Below are positions 62,916 to 64,000 of a stretch of 64,000 bases of DNA, piece after piece. The stretch comes from Octopus vulgaris. Its lineage: Eukaryota. The stretch is taken from contig OX597834.1 in the NCBI GenBank assembly GCA_951406725.2, positions 18,848,001 through 18,912,000 on the forward strand. Direction: 5' to 3'. Under the pieces are notes generated by a model. It did no database searches and was not told where the DNA came from. It was given only the letters and a program-made list of their open reading frames with translations. Every line of letters begins with the position of its first letter. The first letter of the stretch is position 1. Both the position numbers and the translations under genes were made by a program.

Positions 62916-62993
62916 CCTGAAAACAAACATCAGATTGCTTTTTCCCTAAATACATAAATTGACTTCAGAAATTTGTTCTTAATTTTTGAAAAT

Positions 62994-63308
62994 TGGCACG
63001 TAAAAAGCACCATCCGAACGTGGCCAATGCCAGTGCCGCCTTGACTGGCTTCTGTGCCAGTGGCACATAAAAAGCACTGATCCGACGTGGCCATTGCCAG
63101 CCTCGCCTGGCACCTGTGCTGGTGGCAGGTAAAAAGCACCCACTACACTCACAGAGTGGTTGGCGTTAGGAAGGGCATCCAGCTGTAGAAACACTGCCAG
63201 ATCAGACTGGAGCCTGGTGCAGCCTTCTGGCTTCCCAGATCCCCGGTTGAACCGTCCAACCCATGCTAGCATGGAGAAAGGATATTAAACGATGATGATG
63301 ATGATGAT
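62994..63308 (+). mobile_element. SINE family C
   Basis: Three GGCAC(G)TAAAAAGCAC repeats and a GAT tail. Confidence 0.82.
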
Positions 63309-63650
63309 CGCTCTTTGTCTTTGAGACTTGCTAACAACTGTAACTAGTTTTATTTTCCCTCGTTTCCAACTCAGAGAATAAAATTGCAGTTTATTGTTTG
63401 TGACATTCATTACCGTTTAGTTCAGCAATACTAATGTCAAATTTTGGCACAAGGCCACCAAGTTCAGGGATTGGAGTTAGTCAATTACATCAACCCCAGT
63501 GCTCAACCAGTATTCATTTTATTGGCTCAGAAAGGATGAAAGGCAAAGCTGACCTCAGCAGAATTAGAACTCATAGCATAAAGACAGAAGAAATGCCACT
63601 CAGCACTTTGCTTGGTGTACTAATGATTCTGTCAGCTTGCTGCCTTTTTC

Positions 63651-64000
63651 AGCTTGCTTACCAACCACATGGTTCCGGGTTCAGTTCCACTGCATTGCAC
63701 CTTGGGCAAGTGTCTTCTGCTATAGCCTCGGGCCGGATAAAGCCTTGTGTGTGGATTTGGTTGACGGAAACTGAAAGAAGCCGGTCGTATATATATGTGT
63801 GTGTGTGTGTGCACGTTTGCCCCCCCCCCCCCAACATCACCTGACAACTGATGCTGGTGTGTTTACGTCCCCATAACTTAGCAGTTCAGCAAAGGAGACC
63901 GATAGAATAAGTACTAGGTTACCATAGAATAAGTCCTGGGGTTGATTTGTTCGACTAAAGGCAGTGCTCCAGCATGGCCACAGTCAAATGACTGAAACAA
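63651..64000 (+). mobile_element. SINE family B (runs to window end)
   Basis: Direct match. Confidence 0.88.

Noticed and set aside
62410-62917. Host exon suggested by a ttgttttcag acceptor on the minus strand, or a domesticated ZBED/ZMYM gene
   Set aside because: Several stops and frameshifts; it is a decayed hAT transposase.

Overview
Animal genomic DNA, AT-rich and dominated by repeats. The SINE families and compound microsatellites match what I recall of Octopus (coleoid cephalopod) genomes; this was not database-checked. No intact protein-coding gene or RNA gene is visible, and nearly all long ORFs in the track are microsatellite or SINE translations. Supported content: a decayed Gypsy pol (RT-RNase H-integrase) interrupted by a SINE and a TA-flanked MITE; relics of hAT, mariner, Tc3, RTE, CR1 and Tx1-like elements; a non-autonomous Helitron; hAT and piggyBac-type MITEs; about five SINE families; four long fold-back palindromes; and a few weak candidate exons of an unidentified plus-strand gene. 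The most notable observations are (i) several hammerhead-ribozyme-shaped motifs inside palindromic or rod-like repeats, including one with a compensatory G3-C8 core swap present in four copies, (ii) a tRNA-derived SINE that occurs as precise 184-nt multimers with position-specific variants, (iii) a fold-back element centred on a tRNA-like head, and (iv) very long target-site-like duplications. All coordinates and alignments were read by eye.
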